This document shows positions 22,355 to 29,368 of a stretch of DNA of 40,546 nucleotides, piece after piece. Each line of letters opens with the position of its first letter. Position 1 is the stretch's first letter. The position numbers were made by a program, and so were the translations under genes. Location of the stretch: positions 1-40,546 of IMG/VR virus record IMGVR_UViG_3300045970_000141; one strand, 5' to 3'. Source of the stretch: a virus. The notes beneath the pieces are model-generated. The model searched no databases. It had not been told where the DNA came from and saw nothing but the letters and a program-made list of their open reading frames with translations.

Positions 22355-22762
22355 ATGGCAAGCGATACCAAGGGAAACCCCGAAGAGCCGGGGTTCGCCA
22401 TCACCAACCACAAGGGGTTCCGCCTCCTCTTCCCGAACGGCATCACCATCAGCGTTCAGTGGGGGCCGGGTAACTACTGCGAGGCCGGGGATATCACCCC
22501 CGGCTCCTGGGACGCCCCCAAGAAATCCGACTGGTGGGAGTCGGCAGACGCCGAGATCGCCCTCCTCCGAGACGACCAGTGGATCACGGAGGAAGCCTAC
22601 GCTCACTTCAACCCCGGGGAGATTCTGGGAGACGACGTTCTGGGGAGGGTTTCGCCCGAAGAGGTGGCCTCCTATGTCGCGTGGGCAGCAGCCCAACCTC
22701 CCGCGCCCCTGCGGGAGCATGGAGAGGACGAGCGCAAGGCAGCGCAAGGGGGCGAGCCATGA
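22355..22762 (+). CDS. Hypothetical protein (135 aa).
   Basis: ORF track. Starts from a TAG-CC-ATG junction. Confidence 0.7.
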   Translation: MASDTKGNPEEPGFAITNHKGFRLLFPNGITISVQWGPGNYCEAGDITPGSWDAPKKSDWWESADAEIALLRDDQWITEEAYAHFNPGEILGDDVLGRVSPEEVASYVAWAAAQPPAPLREHGEDERKAAQGGEP

Positions 22763-22824
22763 TGGCGGTCATCGTGACGCTGGTTCTCGTCTACGTCATC
22801 CTCACTGGGATCTGGGATCTCTAA
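22759..22824 (+). CDS. Micro-ORF encoding a 21-aa hydrophobic peptide.
   Basis: ATGA overlap with the upstream stop. Translation is MMAVIVTLVLVYVILTGIWDL. TAATG overlap with the next gene. Confidence 0.4.
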   Translation: MMAVIVTLVLVYVILTGIWDL

Positions 22825-23012
22825 TGGCCTGCCTAGAACACGTTTGTCGCGAGTGCGGCTGGTTCACGTTCAGCAATACCCCCGGCAGTGTCGGCGCGTG
22901 TCCCGAGTGCGGGGGAACCCAGTTCGTGACCTACTTCGACGAGGAAAACGATCACCCGGTCGAGCGAGACGAGCCCGACGAGGAGCCGGAAGGCGAGGAC
23001 GAAAATGAGTGA
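22824..23012 (+). CDS. Zinc-ribbon protein (62 aa) with an acidic tail.
   Basis: MACLEHVCRECGW...CPECGG gives two CxxC pairs. I chose the start by the TAATG overlap. The upstream part of the track ORF is rejected. Confidence 0.6.
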   Translation: MACLEHVCRECGWFTFSNTPGSVGACPECGGTQFVTYFDEENDHPVERDEPDEEPEGEDENE

Positions 23013-23601
23013 CGCCAGGAGCCTAGTCGCGCTAGCCGAGCTAGCCCAAGGCCAGCAACCGTACACCGATGCGGAGGATACGAGCGTCGTCGAGGGCGCG
23101 TGGGCCATCACGAATAACCAGACCTGCGAGTGGGCTCTCAAGCGGGCTGCGAACCTGATGCTAGAGAAGCAGGAGATCGAGGCCGCCGTGGAGGCCGCCA
23201 AGGCCCGCCTAGACCAGCGAGCGGCCGCCCTCACTGCCAAGCTGGACCGGGGCATCGGGTTCTTCGAGTCGAACATCGCGAAGTACGCCACCGAGAACCG
23301 GGAAGCCATCTTGGGTGGGGGCAAAAAGCGAAGCCGGACCTACCTGTACGGCATCGTCGGCTGGCGGAAGTCTGCGGCTCGCCTCGTCGTTCAGGACGAG
23401 CATATCCTTCTGGATTGGGCCATGGACGGGGGAAAGGTCGGCCTGTATCGGCTCAAGATGGAACCCAACATGGCTGCCATCCAGGAACTCTACAAGGCCG
23501 ATGGCATCATCCCACCCGGGACCGAAGTGAAGCCCGAATCCGAGAAACTCTACATCGACCCGGTGGATCCTGCGGGACCACTCAAAAAGGGAACACCATG
23601 A
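23005..23601 (+). CDS. gam: Mu Gam-like host-nuclease inhibitor / DNA-end-binding protein (198 aa).
   Basis: The architecture and local patterns align by eye with Mu Gam-family proteins: an N-terminal coiled coil, GGGKKRSRTYLYGIVGWRKS, then YRLKMEPNMAAIQELYK..IPPGTEV. Confidence 0.72.
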   Translation: MSDARSLVALAELAQGQQPYTDAEDTSVVEGAWAITNNQTCEWALKRAANLMLEKQEIEAAVEAAKARLDQRAAALTAKLDRGIGFFESNIAKYATENREAILGGGKKRSRTYLYGIVGWRKSAARLVVQDEHILLDWAMDGGKVGLYRLKMEPNMAAIQELYKADGIIPPGTEVKPESEKLYIDPVDPAGPLKKGTP

Positions 23602-23858
23602 AGGTTTTTATGTGCGACTCCTGCGGCAACGAAACGGAACCGGACAAGCTGCGAAGTCTCCACACCCACGGCCCCACCGGCCTGACCGCCATGTCTACGA
23701 GAGCAGGCATAGCCTACGGATACCCGGGGCTCCCCGTCGACTACACCACCTGGGATCTCTGCCCCCGCTGCTGGGGACGCACCATCGAGAGCATCGGGTG
23801 GTATCGGGAATACCGCCGCCACAAGGCCGCCGAAGAGGCAGCAGGGGTGAGCCCGTGA
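23598..23858 (+). CDS. Zinc-ribbon protein (86 aa).
   Basis: ATGA overlap. MKVFMCDSCGN...CPRCWG gives two CxxC pairs. Confidence 0.6.
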   Translation: MKVFMCDSCGNETEPDKLRSLHTHGPTGLTAMSTRAGIAYGYPGLPVDYTTWDLCPRCWGRTIESIGWYREYRRHKAAEEAAGVSP

Positions 23859-24049
23859 AGCGCCCCGCCATCACGACCGCAGACGCCATCCTGCACGCGA
23901 TCTGCTCCCCCTGCTCGCCGCTCGTCACCAGCGATGTCCCCGGCAAGATGAACATCGCCGATGCCTTGGTGTCGATCGCCATGGAGCTAGGCCGCGTAGC
24001 GGATTGCATGGAAGCCGACCGCAAGCCCAAGAAGGGACGCAAGCCATGA
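23855..24049 (+). CDS. Small hypothetical protein (64 aa, GTG start).
   Basis: GTGA overlap with the upstream stop. The frame is continuous to 24049. Confidence 0.5.
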   Translation: MKRPAITTADAILHAICSPCSPLVTSDVPGKMNIADALVSIAMELGRVADCMEADRKPKKGRKP

Positions 24050-24222
24050 CCGGGGGCGAGATCCGAGACGCCAAGGCGTCGGCAGTGCTCCTTATCGAGC
24101 GGCTAGCCGACTCTAGGTGGGTAGCGGCAGGGGACGCGCTGGAGGCCATCCAGAGGGCCGTCGAAGGCGCGATCCGCTTCCACAAATACAACCGAGAACC
24201 CAAGAAGGAGAGAAACCCATGA
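24046..24222 (+). CDS. Small hypothetical protein (58 aa).
   Basis: ATGA overlap at 24046-24049. Translation begins MTGGEIRDAKASAVLLIERL... Confidence 0.5.
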   Translation: MTGGEIRDAKASAVLLIERLADSRWVAAGDALEAIQRAVEGAIRFHKYNREPKKERNP

Positions 24223-24848
24223 TGTCGTCACCCGCAATAGGACAGATCGGCAAGGCGCTGTCGGCCGCGCAGGGCAAGTTGAAGGGAGCGGTGAAGGATT
24301 CCAACAACCCCTTCTTCAAGTCGAAGTACGCGGACCTGTCGTCGGTCTGGGATGCGTGCCGAGACGCGCTCGCAGAGAACAACATCGCCGTGATCCAGGG
24401 ACCGATGGCCGATGGCTCCAAGATCACCGTCACGACGCTGCTCGTCCACGAATCCGGCGAGTGGGTATCGGAGGCCCTGACCTCGCACGCCAAGGACGAT
24501 AGTCCCCAGAGCGTCGGAAGCACGATCACCTACCTTCGCCGGTACGGGCTCGCCTCGATGGTCGGGGTAGCCCCCGAGGACGACGACGCAGAGGCCGCAC
24601 AGCCCCGTGGGACGACGCAAGGGAGGGGTATCCCACATCAGCCCATCCCCTCTCCCGCCGTCGCCATGGCCGCCACGAAGGCCAAGATCGACCCGATGGT
24701 GAAGGAGCGCGTCGCCGTCTTGGTGAAGCTGTACGGGGATAACTTCAAGGCATACGCCGAGAGGGTGCTGCGGCGCGAGGTTCACAAGGCCAGCGACCTG
24801 ACCCTCGACGACATCCTCAAGCTGGAGCAGGGCGAAGATGTGCCATGA
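24219..24848 (+). CDS. erf: ERF-family single-strand annealing recombinase (209 aa).
   Basis: The pattern NPFFKSKYADLSSVWDACRDALAENNIAVIQ matches the conserved ERF N-terminal signature. AAGGAG SD 9 nt upstream of the ATG at 24219. Confidence 0.85.
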   Translation: MMSSPAIGQIGKALSAAQGKLKGAVKDSNNPFFKSKYADLSSVWDACRDALAENNIAVIQGPMADGSKITVTTLLVHESGEWVSEALTSHAKDDSPQSVGSTITYLRRYGLASMVGVAPEDDDAEAAQPRGTTQGRGIPHQPIPSPAVAMAATKAKIDPMVKERVAVLVKLYGDNFKAYAERVLRREVHKASDLTLDDILKLEQGEDVP

Positions 24849-25102
24849 GGCTAGGATGCTTGACCTTGCACAAGGTCTTCTCCTGGGAGTGCCTTGATTG
24901 CTGGTCCGAGGAGAATAACCGTCTCAGGTCTGCGCTAGAGCTTATTCACGATACCACCGAAGAAGGAAAGACAGAGCAACGCGCCATGGAGGCGCTACGG
25001 GGAGACACGCATGAAGGAAAACGCGAAGCTGTCGAAGCTGGTGAAGGCGCTGGAGCAGGCGATCCGCATGGCCGACCAACTGGAGGCGGAAATCCGGAAT
25101 AA
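24845..25102 (+). CDS. Small Cys-containing hypothetical protein (85 aa). Its 3' end overlaps the next gene by 92 nt.
   Basis: ATGA overlap with the ERF stop. The last ~30 aa look like run-on out-of-frame sequence over the next gene. Confidence 0.4.
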   Translation: MRLGCLTLHKVFSWECLDCWSEENNRLRSALELIHDTTEEGKTEQRAMEALRGDTHEGKREAVEAGEGAGAGDPHGRPTGGGNPE

Positions 25103-25286
25103 CGGGAAGTCCCAGACGGAGAAGCCGCCCCGGGGGGCTAAGAGGTGGAAGTGCGACACGGGTCGCCGGGGCCGAGTCCCCAACTGGGTGCTCAAGGCGA
25201 CCGGAACCGACTCGAAGGCAGAGGTGGTCCGCAAATTCGGCCACGGGTTCAAGTTCATCGAGGGCGTGGCTCCGGAGATCGGGTAG
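25011..25286 (+). CDS. H-NS-like nucleoid-associated protein (91 aa). N-terminal coiled coil plus a C-terminal GRxGRxPxW-type DNA-binding motif.
   Basis: MKENAKLSKLVKALEQAIRMADQLEAEIRN forms the coil. WKCDTGRRGRVPNWV resembles the TWSGRGRxPxW core of H-NS/Bph3-type domains. GGAG SD upstream. Confidence 0.5.
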   Translation: MKENAKLSKLVKALEQAIRMADQLEAEIRNNGKSQTEKPPRGAKRWKCDTGRRGRVPNWVLKATGTDSKAEVVRKFGHGFKFIEGVAPEIG

Positions 25287-25288
25287 CC

Positions 25289-25867
25289 ATGATCGTCAAG
25301 GTGACGGGTGGCCTTGCCATGGCCTGTCGACATCTGGGGTACGGCAAGCGCATCGACAACGCTAGCACCAAGAGGCGTGACGGCAGCGCGGCCGCGTCCA
25401 TGCAGTACGAGATCGACAACACGACCCAGGAATTCGCCTTGGTCGCGCAGCAGGCGCAAGAGTGGAGAACGAAGGGGAACGAGAACATGAGAAAGAACGC
25501 AGAGGCCGTGAGGGACGAGGTTCGCTCGCTCCGAGAGATCGTGGAGAAGCTAGTCCAGATGAACGGACATGGGCAGGAGGCGCCATCCCAAGTGACGCTC
25601 ACGGTGCCCGTCAAGGCCCCTCCTCCCCCCCCTCCCAAGCCCCCCGCCGAGACGGAAATGGCCCCGGAAGGGTCCGTGTGGCGCACGCGCCCATGGAATC
25701 AGCCGAGAGGCCCCAGGTGGCTCGAAGTTTTAGCCGTCCACCGTGGGCACGAGGGCAAGTGGATGGTGGATGTCTTCGTCATCGGGGGTCACCAGCGCAA
25801 TCGCACGCTGGAGCTAGGGACGCTGCTGTCTCACTGGGAGAGGCAGGATGCCGGAGCCCCGGCCTAA
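25289..25867 (+). CDS. Hypothetical protein (192 aa) with a central poly-Pro linker.
   Basis: I chose the start at the TAG-CC-ATG junction (25284-25291). The upstream part of the track ORF is rejected. Confidence 0.6.
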   Translation: MIVKVTGGLAMACRHLGYGKRIDNASTKRRDGSAAASMQYEIDNTTQEFALVAQQAQEWRTKGNENMRKNAEAVRDEVRSLREIVEKLVQMNGHGQEAPSQVTLTVPVKAPPPPPPKPPAETEMAPEGSVWRTRPWNQPRGPRWLEVLAVHRGHEGKWMVDVFVIGGHQRNRTLELGTLLSHWERQDAGAPA

Positions 25868-26027
25868 CTGCCGCACCAAGGGCCGTAGGCACCTATGGGA
25901 GCCGTCCAGATGGGGCGATCCGCTTTACCGGAAGCTAATGCCCCATTTCCTTGGTCCTTGGTTCACTTGCTGTAACTGCGGATACGCTACTAGCCACCAG
26001 CTACAGGAGCCGGGATGGAAGCCATGA
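25848..26027 (+). CDS. Small Cys-rich protein (59 aa). Not in the ORF track.
   Basis: My hand translation is MPEPRPNCRTKGRRHLWEPSRWGDPLYRKLMPHFLGPWFTCCNCGYATSHQLQEPGWKP. GGGAGAGG SD upstream. Its stop forms an ATGA overlap with the next start. Confidence 0.4.
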   Translation: MPEPRPNCRTKGRRHLWEPSRWGDPLYRKLMPHFLGPWFTCCNCGYATSHQLQEPGWKP

Positions 26028-26215
26028 ACCAGCCTACCGATAAGTCTCGATGGGATTTCACGTTCGAGGTCACCCCCTACGACCGCAAGGTGTTCCTGTT
26101 CGAGTACGCGCTATCTGCTGCGGCAAGTGGAGACACAGACAGAGTAAACATCTCAGGTCACGCCATCTACGCGCTCAAAATGCTGGAAGCAGAATTAGGC
26201 AAGATCAAGCCATGA
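26024..26215 (+). CDS. Small hypothetical protein (63 aa).
   Basis: I prefer the ATG at 26024 because of the ATGA coupling. The track start at 26015 would add 3 aa. Confidence 0.55.
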   Translation: MNQPTDKSRWDFTFEVTPYDRKVFLFEYALSAAASGDTDRVNISGHAIYALKMLEAELGKIKP

Positions 26216-26481
26216 CCGACAACGTTAAGGGATTCATCGAAGCCGCAGATGTGCTGGTGGCTGCACTCAGGGCAGAGATCGCCAACCTGAAAGACCGTAT
26301 CGCCACTCAGGCCGAGATGATTCAGGTCTGGAGCGGGATGCTGGACGACATGGATACCCAAGCCCTGCGTATCCAGGAGCTAGAGCGCGCCGGGAGGGAT
26401 GCCCTGGAGGCGCTAGAGATTAGCGGTTCATGGGGCGCGGCAAAGCGTCTTCGGAAGGCTCTCGATAAGGGGATGCCATGA
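26212..26481 (+). CDS. Coiled-coil hypothetical protein (89 aa).
   Basis: ATGA overlap at 26212-26215. Translation begins MTDNVKGFIEAADVLVAALRAEIANLKDRI... Confidence 0.6.
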   Translation: MTDNVKGFIEAADVLVAALRAEIANLKDRIATQAEMIQVWSGMLDDMDTQALRIQELERAGRDALEALEISGSWGAAKRLRKALDKGMP

Positions 26482-26612
26482 CCGCCCCGTGCGCCTGTAG
26501 GTGTTTCGAGTGCTCCGCCAACCAGAAGGCGACATCCCGTGCCGCCTGCGAGCTAGACGCATCCACGTTCACGACGACGCTCTTCCCGCCAGCAGCGACG
26601 ATAACGGAGTAG
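26478..26612 (+). CDS. Possible Cys-rich micro-protein (44 aa). Ambiguous with the antisense ORF 26420..26617.
   Basis: ATGA overlap with the upstream stop. Translation begins MTAPCACRCFECSANQ... The antisense frame shares the same wobble positions, so GC3 cannot discriminate between them. Confidence 0.3.
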   Translation: MTAPCACRCFECSANQKATSRAACELDASTFTTTLFPPAATITE

Positions 26613-26671
26613 GTCATGGCCCTAGGTCTAGCAAGTCAGATCCGCGCAAGCCATAAGGGAGAACACGTACC

Positions 26672-26899
26672 ATGACCAACGAGGAGACGATCCGGGTCTG
26701 CACCCCATGGGCTCCGCTACATTCGCATGAGGATTGGCAACGAATGGAGTCCGAACTCGCCACCCTCCGCGCCCGCCTCGCCACCGTGGAGGCGGCGCTG
26801 ACAGAGTTGTTGGACCCACCATGGAACGAACAGTCGGTGGATATCCGGCGTCGAGCCCGCGCCGCCCTCGCCGGGGACGCGCAGAAGGAGACAACGTGA
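26672..26899 (+). CDS. Small hypothetical protein (75 aa), paralogue A.
   Basis: AAGGGAG SD upstream. It shares an exact 36-nt segment and an exact 19-nt segment with the next gene. Confidence 0.65.
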   Translation: MTNEETIRVCTPWAPLHSHEDWQRMESELATLRARLATVEAALTELLDPPWNEQSVDIRRRARAALAGDAQKETT

Positions 26900-27147
26900 G
26901 CATCTTCAACAAGACCATCGACAAGTTATTTCCTGCGGAGGAGTCAACGGGAACCGAATCTGAGATTGAACGACTCCGCGCCCGCCTCGCCACCGTGGAG
27001 GCGGCGCTGCTTGGCGTGCGCGAGCACACGCTTTCCGATGGGCCATGCTGGTGCGTGCTAGCGAAAGGCCCCGACGACGAGCACACGACGTACTGCCTAG
27101 CCGCCCGCTACGCCCTCGCCGGGGACGCGCCGAGGGGGGACAAGTGA
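26896..27147 (+). CDS. Small hypothetical protein (83 aa, GTG start), paralogue B.
   Basis: GTGA overlap. It shares LRARLATVEAAL and ALAGDA with the previous gene. Confidence 0.6.
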   Translation: MSIFNKTIDKLFPAEESTGTESEIERLRARLATVEAALLGVREHTLSDGPCWCVLAKGPDDEHTTYCLAARYALAGDAPRGDK

Positions 27148-27350
27148 TCTGGAGAGCGATTCCGTTGCTGGCCGTTGGCGTCTTGGCGGTGCTTCGCGTC
27201 CCGTTCTGGCTGCTGTTGCCACGCGGAGTCTACGAGCGGCTTTGGGCGCGACCGACGTTCTGCCGGTGGGGCCTGCATTTGTGGGTATCCCCCGCCGCCA
27301 TGGTGGAGAAGTGCGTGTGCTGCCGCAAGGAAGTGCTGGTGGGGCCGTGA
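27144..27350 (+). CDS. Small membrane protein (68 aa, GTG start) with a C-terminal CVCC cluster.
   Basis: GTGA overlap. Hydrophobic N-terminus IWRAIPLLAVGVLAVLRVPFWLLL. Confidence 0.5.
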   Translation: MIWRAIPLLAVGVLAVLRVPFWLLLPRGVYERLWARPTFCRWGLHLWVSPAAMVEKCVCCRKEVLVGP

Positions 27351-27703
27351 CCGCGCGCACGCAGGCCATCGAGGCGGCGGCGAGGGCGGTCTGTAAGGCA
27401 TCGTTCGACGACCGCGCTTGCGAGATTTCCGTATTCTTCCTGATCGACAACCTCCGCGCCGCGCTGGCGATGGACGAGGGGGCGGGACGCACCCTGCGCG
27501 AGCAGGTGAACGAGCCCGGGTTCGCGGCACTCGTCGCGGCCAAGGTCGCAGCCATGAGCGTGAAGTGTCGATGCGGCAGGGAGGCGCACGAACACTACTG
27601 GGATGCCGCGCCCGGGAAAGAGGAGGACGATTGCCCCGGGTTCAGCGCCGACCTCGATCGGATCGAGGCGCCCCCGCAGGACGCGCCGGGGGAGGGGGGA
27701 TGA
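27347..27703 (+). CDS. Hypothetical protein (118 aa, GTG start).
   Basis: GTGA overlap. The upstream part of the track ORF is rejected. Confidence 0.55.
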   Translation: MTARTQAIEAAARAVCKASFDDRACEISVFFLIDNLRAALAMDEGAGRTLREQVNEPGFAALVAAKVAAMSVKCRCGREAHEHYWDAAPGKEEDDCPGFSADLDRIEAPPQDAPGEGG

Positions 27704-27879
27704 CCACATGGCTTACGGTTGCGACCATGGCCTGCCTTGTTGTTGGTGGCTACGCAGCAGGAAGAGCCCATGCGTATTTCTTGCTCGCCGCCCAGTGGAG
27801 CAGGGTTAGCAAGGCGACCATCGAAGCCATGGATCTGATGGATAAGTGGCGCAGGAAGAACGGAGAGGTGATCCCGTGA
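27700..27879 (+). CDS. Small single-pass membrane protein (59 aa).
   Basis: ATGA overlap. Translation begins MTTWLTVATMACLVVGGYAAG... Confidence 0.5.
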   Translation: MTTWLTVATMACLVVGGYAAGRAHAYFLLAAQWSRVSKATIEAMDLMDKWRRKNGEVIP

Positions 27880-28232
27880 GCGACGAGAGGGACAACAAGA
27901 GGTTCCTGCGCTGCGACTACACCGTGGACCGCCTGATGATGATCCAGATGGGCGAAGCCAAGGTAAAGGAAATCGTGATGCAGCAGCTAGCCCGTGCTGC
28001 TGCCAACGCTCTAGTCGGGCGCGAAGACCTGGTGACGTACAGGGACGAGCGCATGGCCGATAGGCGCACCTATTCACTTATCGCCGCCATCTACCCCATC
28101 CGCGAGTCACCGCCCATGCAGCGACTAGAGGATCTGATCTACCAAGACAACCCATTCCTCAAGATATGGAAGAAGCACCACAAGCCAGCACCTAGAATGC
28201 CAAAGCCGATCTACTGGAACGACAAAGGATAA
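27876..28232 (+). CDS. Hypothetical protein (118 aa, GTG start).
   Basis: GTGA overlap with the upstream stop. The frame is continuous to 28232. Confidence 0.55.
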   Translation: MSDERDNKRFLRCDYTVDRLMMIQMGEAKVKEIVMQQLARAAANALVGREDLVTYRDERMADRRTYSLIAAIYPIRESPPMQRLEDLIYQDNPFLKIWKKHHKPAPRMPKPIYWNDKG

Positions 28233-28237
28233 AACCC

Positions 28238-28783
28238 ATGAAGACGACCATCACGGAAGCATTGGCAGACATCAAGACCTCGCTAGCCCGGATCGCCAAG
28301 AAGCGGCTAGCCATCAAGGCATACCTCGGCCGGGATGCCCGTATCCGGGATCCGATGGAAGGTGACGGGGGCTCACGGGAATTCATCCGGCGAGAGCTAC
28401 AGTCCATCTACGACCTAGAGACGCGGATCATCAACATCCGGTCGGCCGTTCAGGCGTCGAACCTAGCCTGTACGGTCGAGATCGAGGGGCGGGCCATGAC
28501 GCTCGCCAACTGGCTCAACTGGCGGCGCGAGGTGTCGGCCGGGGCCAAGGGGTTCCTCGACGACGTATCTCGCACCCTCGACCAGATGCGGAAGCAGGCC
28601 ATCCAGCGCGGACAGCCTATCACCACTCAGGGCAACAACGCTCCCAACCCCGAGGTCGGGGAGTGGATCGTCAACGTCAACGAGCGGGATCTGGCCGAGG
28701 AGATCGACCGCATGGAGCGCATTCTGGGGCAGCTTGATGGTAAGCTGTCGCTCTTGAACGCCACGACCACCATCGACGTATAG
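28238..28783 (+). CDS. DIP1984-family-like (so-called septicolysin-like) helical protein (181 aa).
   Basis: The N-terminal ITEALADIKTSLARIAKKRL, the central RIINIRSAVQASN and TLANWLNWRRE, and the C-terminal LDGKLSLLNATTTIDV follow the pattern I recall for this family. It is the last gene of early operon 2. Confidence 0.5.
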   Translation: MKTTITEALADIKTSLARIAKKRLAIKAYLGRDARIRDPMEGDGGSREFIRRELQSIYDLETRIINIRSAVQASNLACTVEIEGRAMTLANWLNWRREVSAGAKGFLDDVSRTLDQMRKQAIQRGQPITTQGNNAPNPEVGEWIVNVNERDLAEEIDRMERILGQLDGKLSLLNATTTIDV

Positions 28784-29038
28784 AACATCGCCGGTTTACT
28801 TGCGAACAGAGAGAACGCGCACGCATACCCAGACCATCCACTGAAAAAGGATGCCTATCCAGGGCTCGCAGGACGGTGAAGAAGCTGACCGATGAACGCT
28901 AAACGCTGCTTCGCTCAACCCTGAACCTAGAACGTGGAACGCTGCTCCAAATCCTTTGCAAAGGAAGGCTGACTAGAGATAGCCAGCACCCGCCAGCGCG
29001 GCGGGCTCTCGTCCCAAAGGCAGCACGCTAGACCGGCA

Positions 29039-29368
29039 TTACCTCTTGGCCGACACTGGCCGTACAGTTTCTAGCAGGGTTTCGATACGGGTGAGGCGGC
29101 TGTTGATCTCGCTGAGATTGGCAGCCGTTCCTCTTTCCGCATCCGAGTAGTGGTCCTGAGACACCGCCACCCTAGAGAAGTCCTTGGCCTGCTGGTCGAG
29201 GTGCTGGTTCATCTCGGTCCTGGAGATGAAGTTAGCGTTAGCCCACAGGATGATCGTGACCGTGGTCCCCGCCACCGTGGCCGCCAGCTTTGCCCAATCC
29301 GGGATTCCGCTATCGCTTTCGCGCCTACGGTGCGGGTAGTCCTGCCCGTCCTGCTGTTCCTCGGCCAC
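29039..29368 (-). CDS. Type II membrane protein with a periplasmic coiled coil (109 aa). i-spanin-like or lysis accessory protein.
   Basis: Acidic N-terminus, one TM segment (LAATVAGTTVTIILWANANFI), then a helical C-terminus. It is the last gene of the late operon, in the lysis cassette. Confidence 0.5.
   Translation of the reverse strand: MAEEQQDGQDYPHRRRESDSGIPDWAKLAATVAGTTVTIILWANANFISRTEMNQHLDQQAKDFSRVAVSQDHYSDAERGTAANLSEINSRLTRIETLLETVRPVSAKR

Noticed and set aside
24845-25102. Possible programmed frameshift joining 24845..25102 to 25011..25286.
   Set aside because: No slippery heptamer is evident in the overlap. The downstream gene has its own SD and ATG, so the overlap is more simply a run-on 3' end of the upstream small gene.
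26420-26617. Minus-strand 65-aa ORF (MTYSVIVAAGGKSVVVNVDASSSQAARDV...) inside the rightward early operon.
   Set aside because: It would be a lone antisense gene overlapping the 3' end of 26212..26481 by 62 nt, and it has no SD. The plus-strand 44-aa ORF at 26478..26612 fits the ATGA coupling chain. The two frames share wobble positions, so composition cannot decide. I keep this as unresolved rather than excluded.
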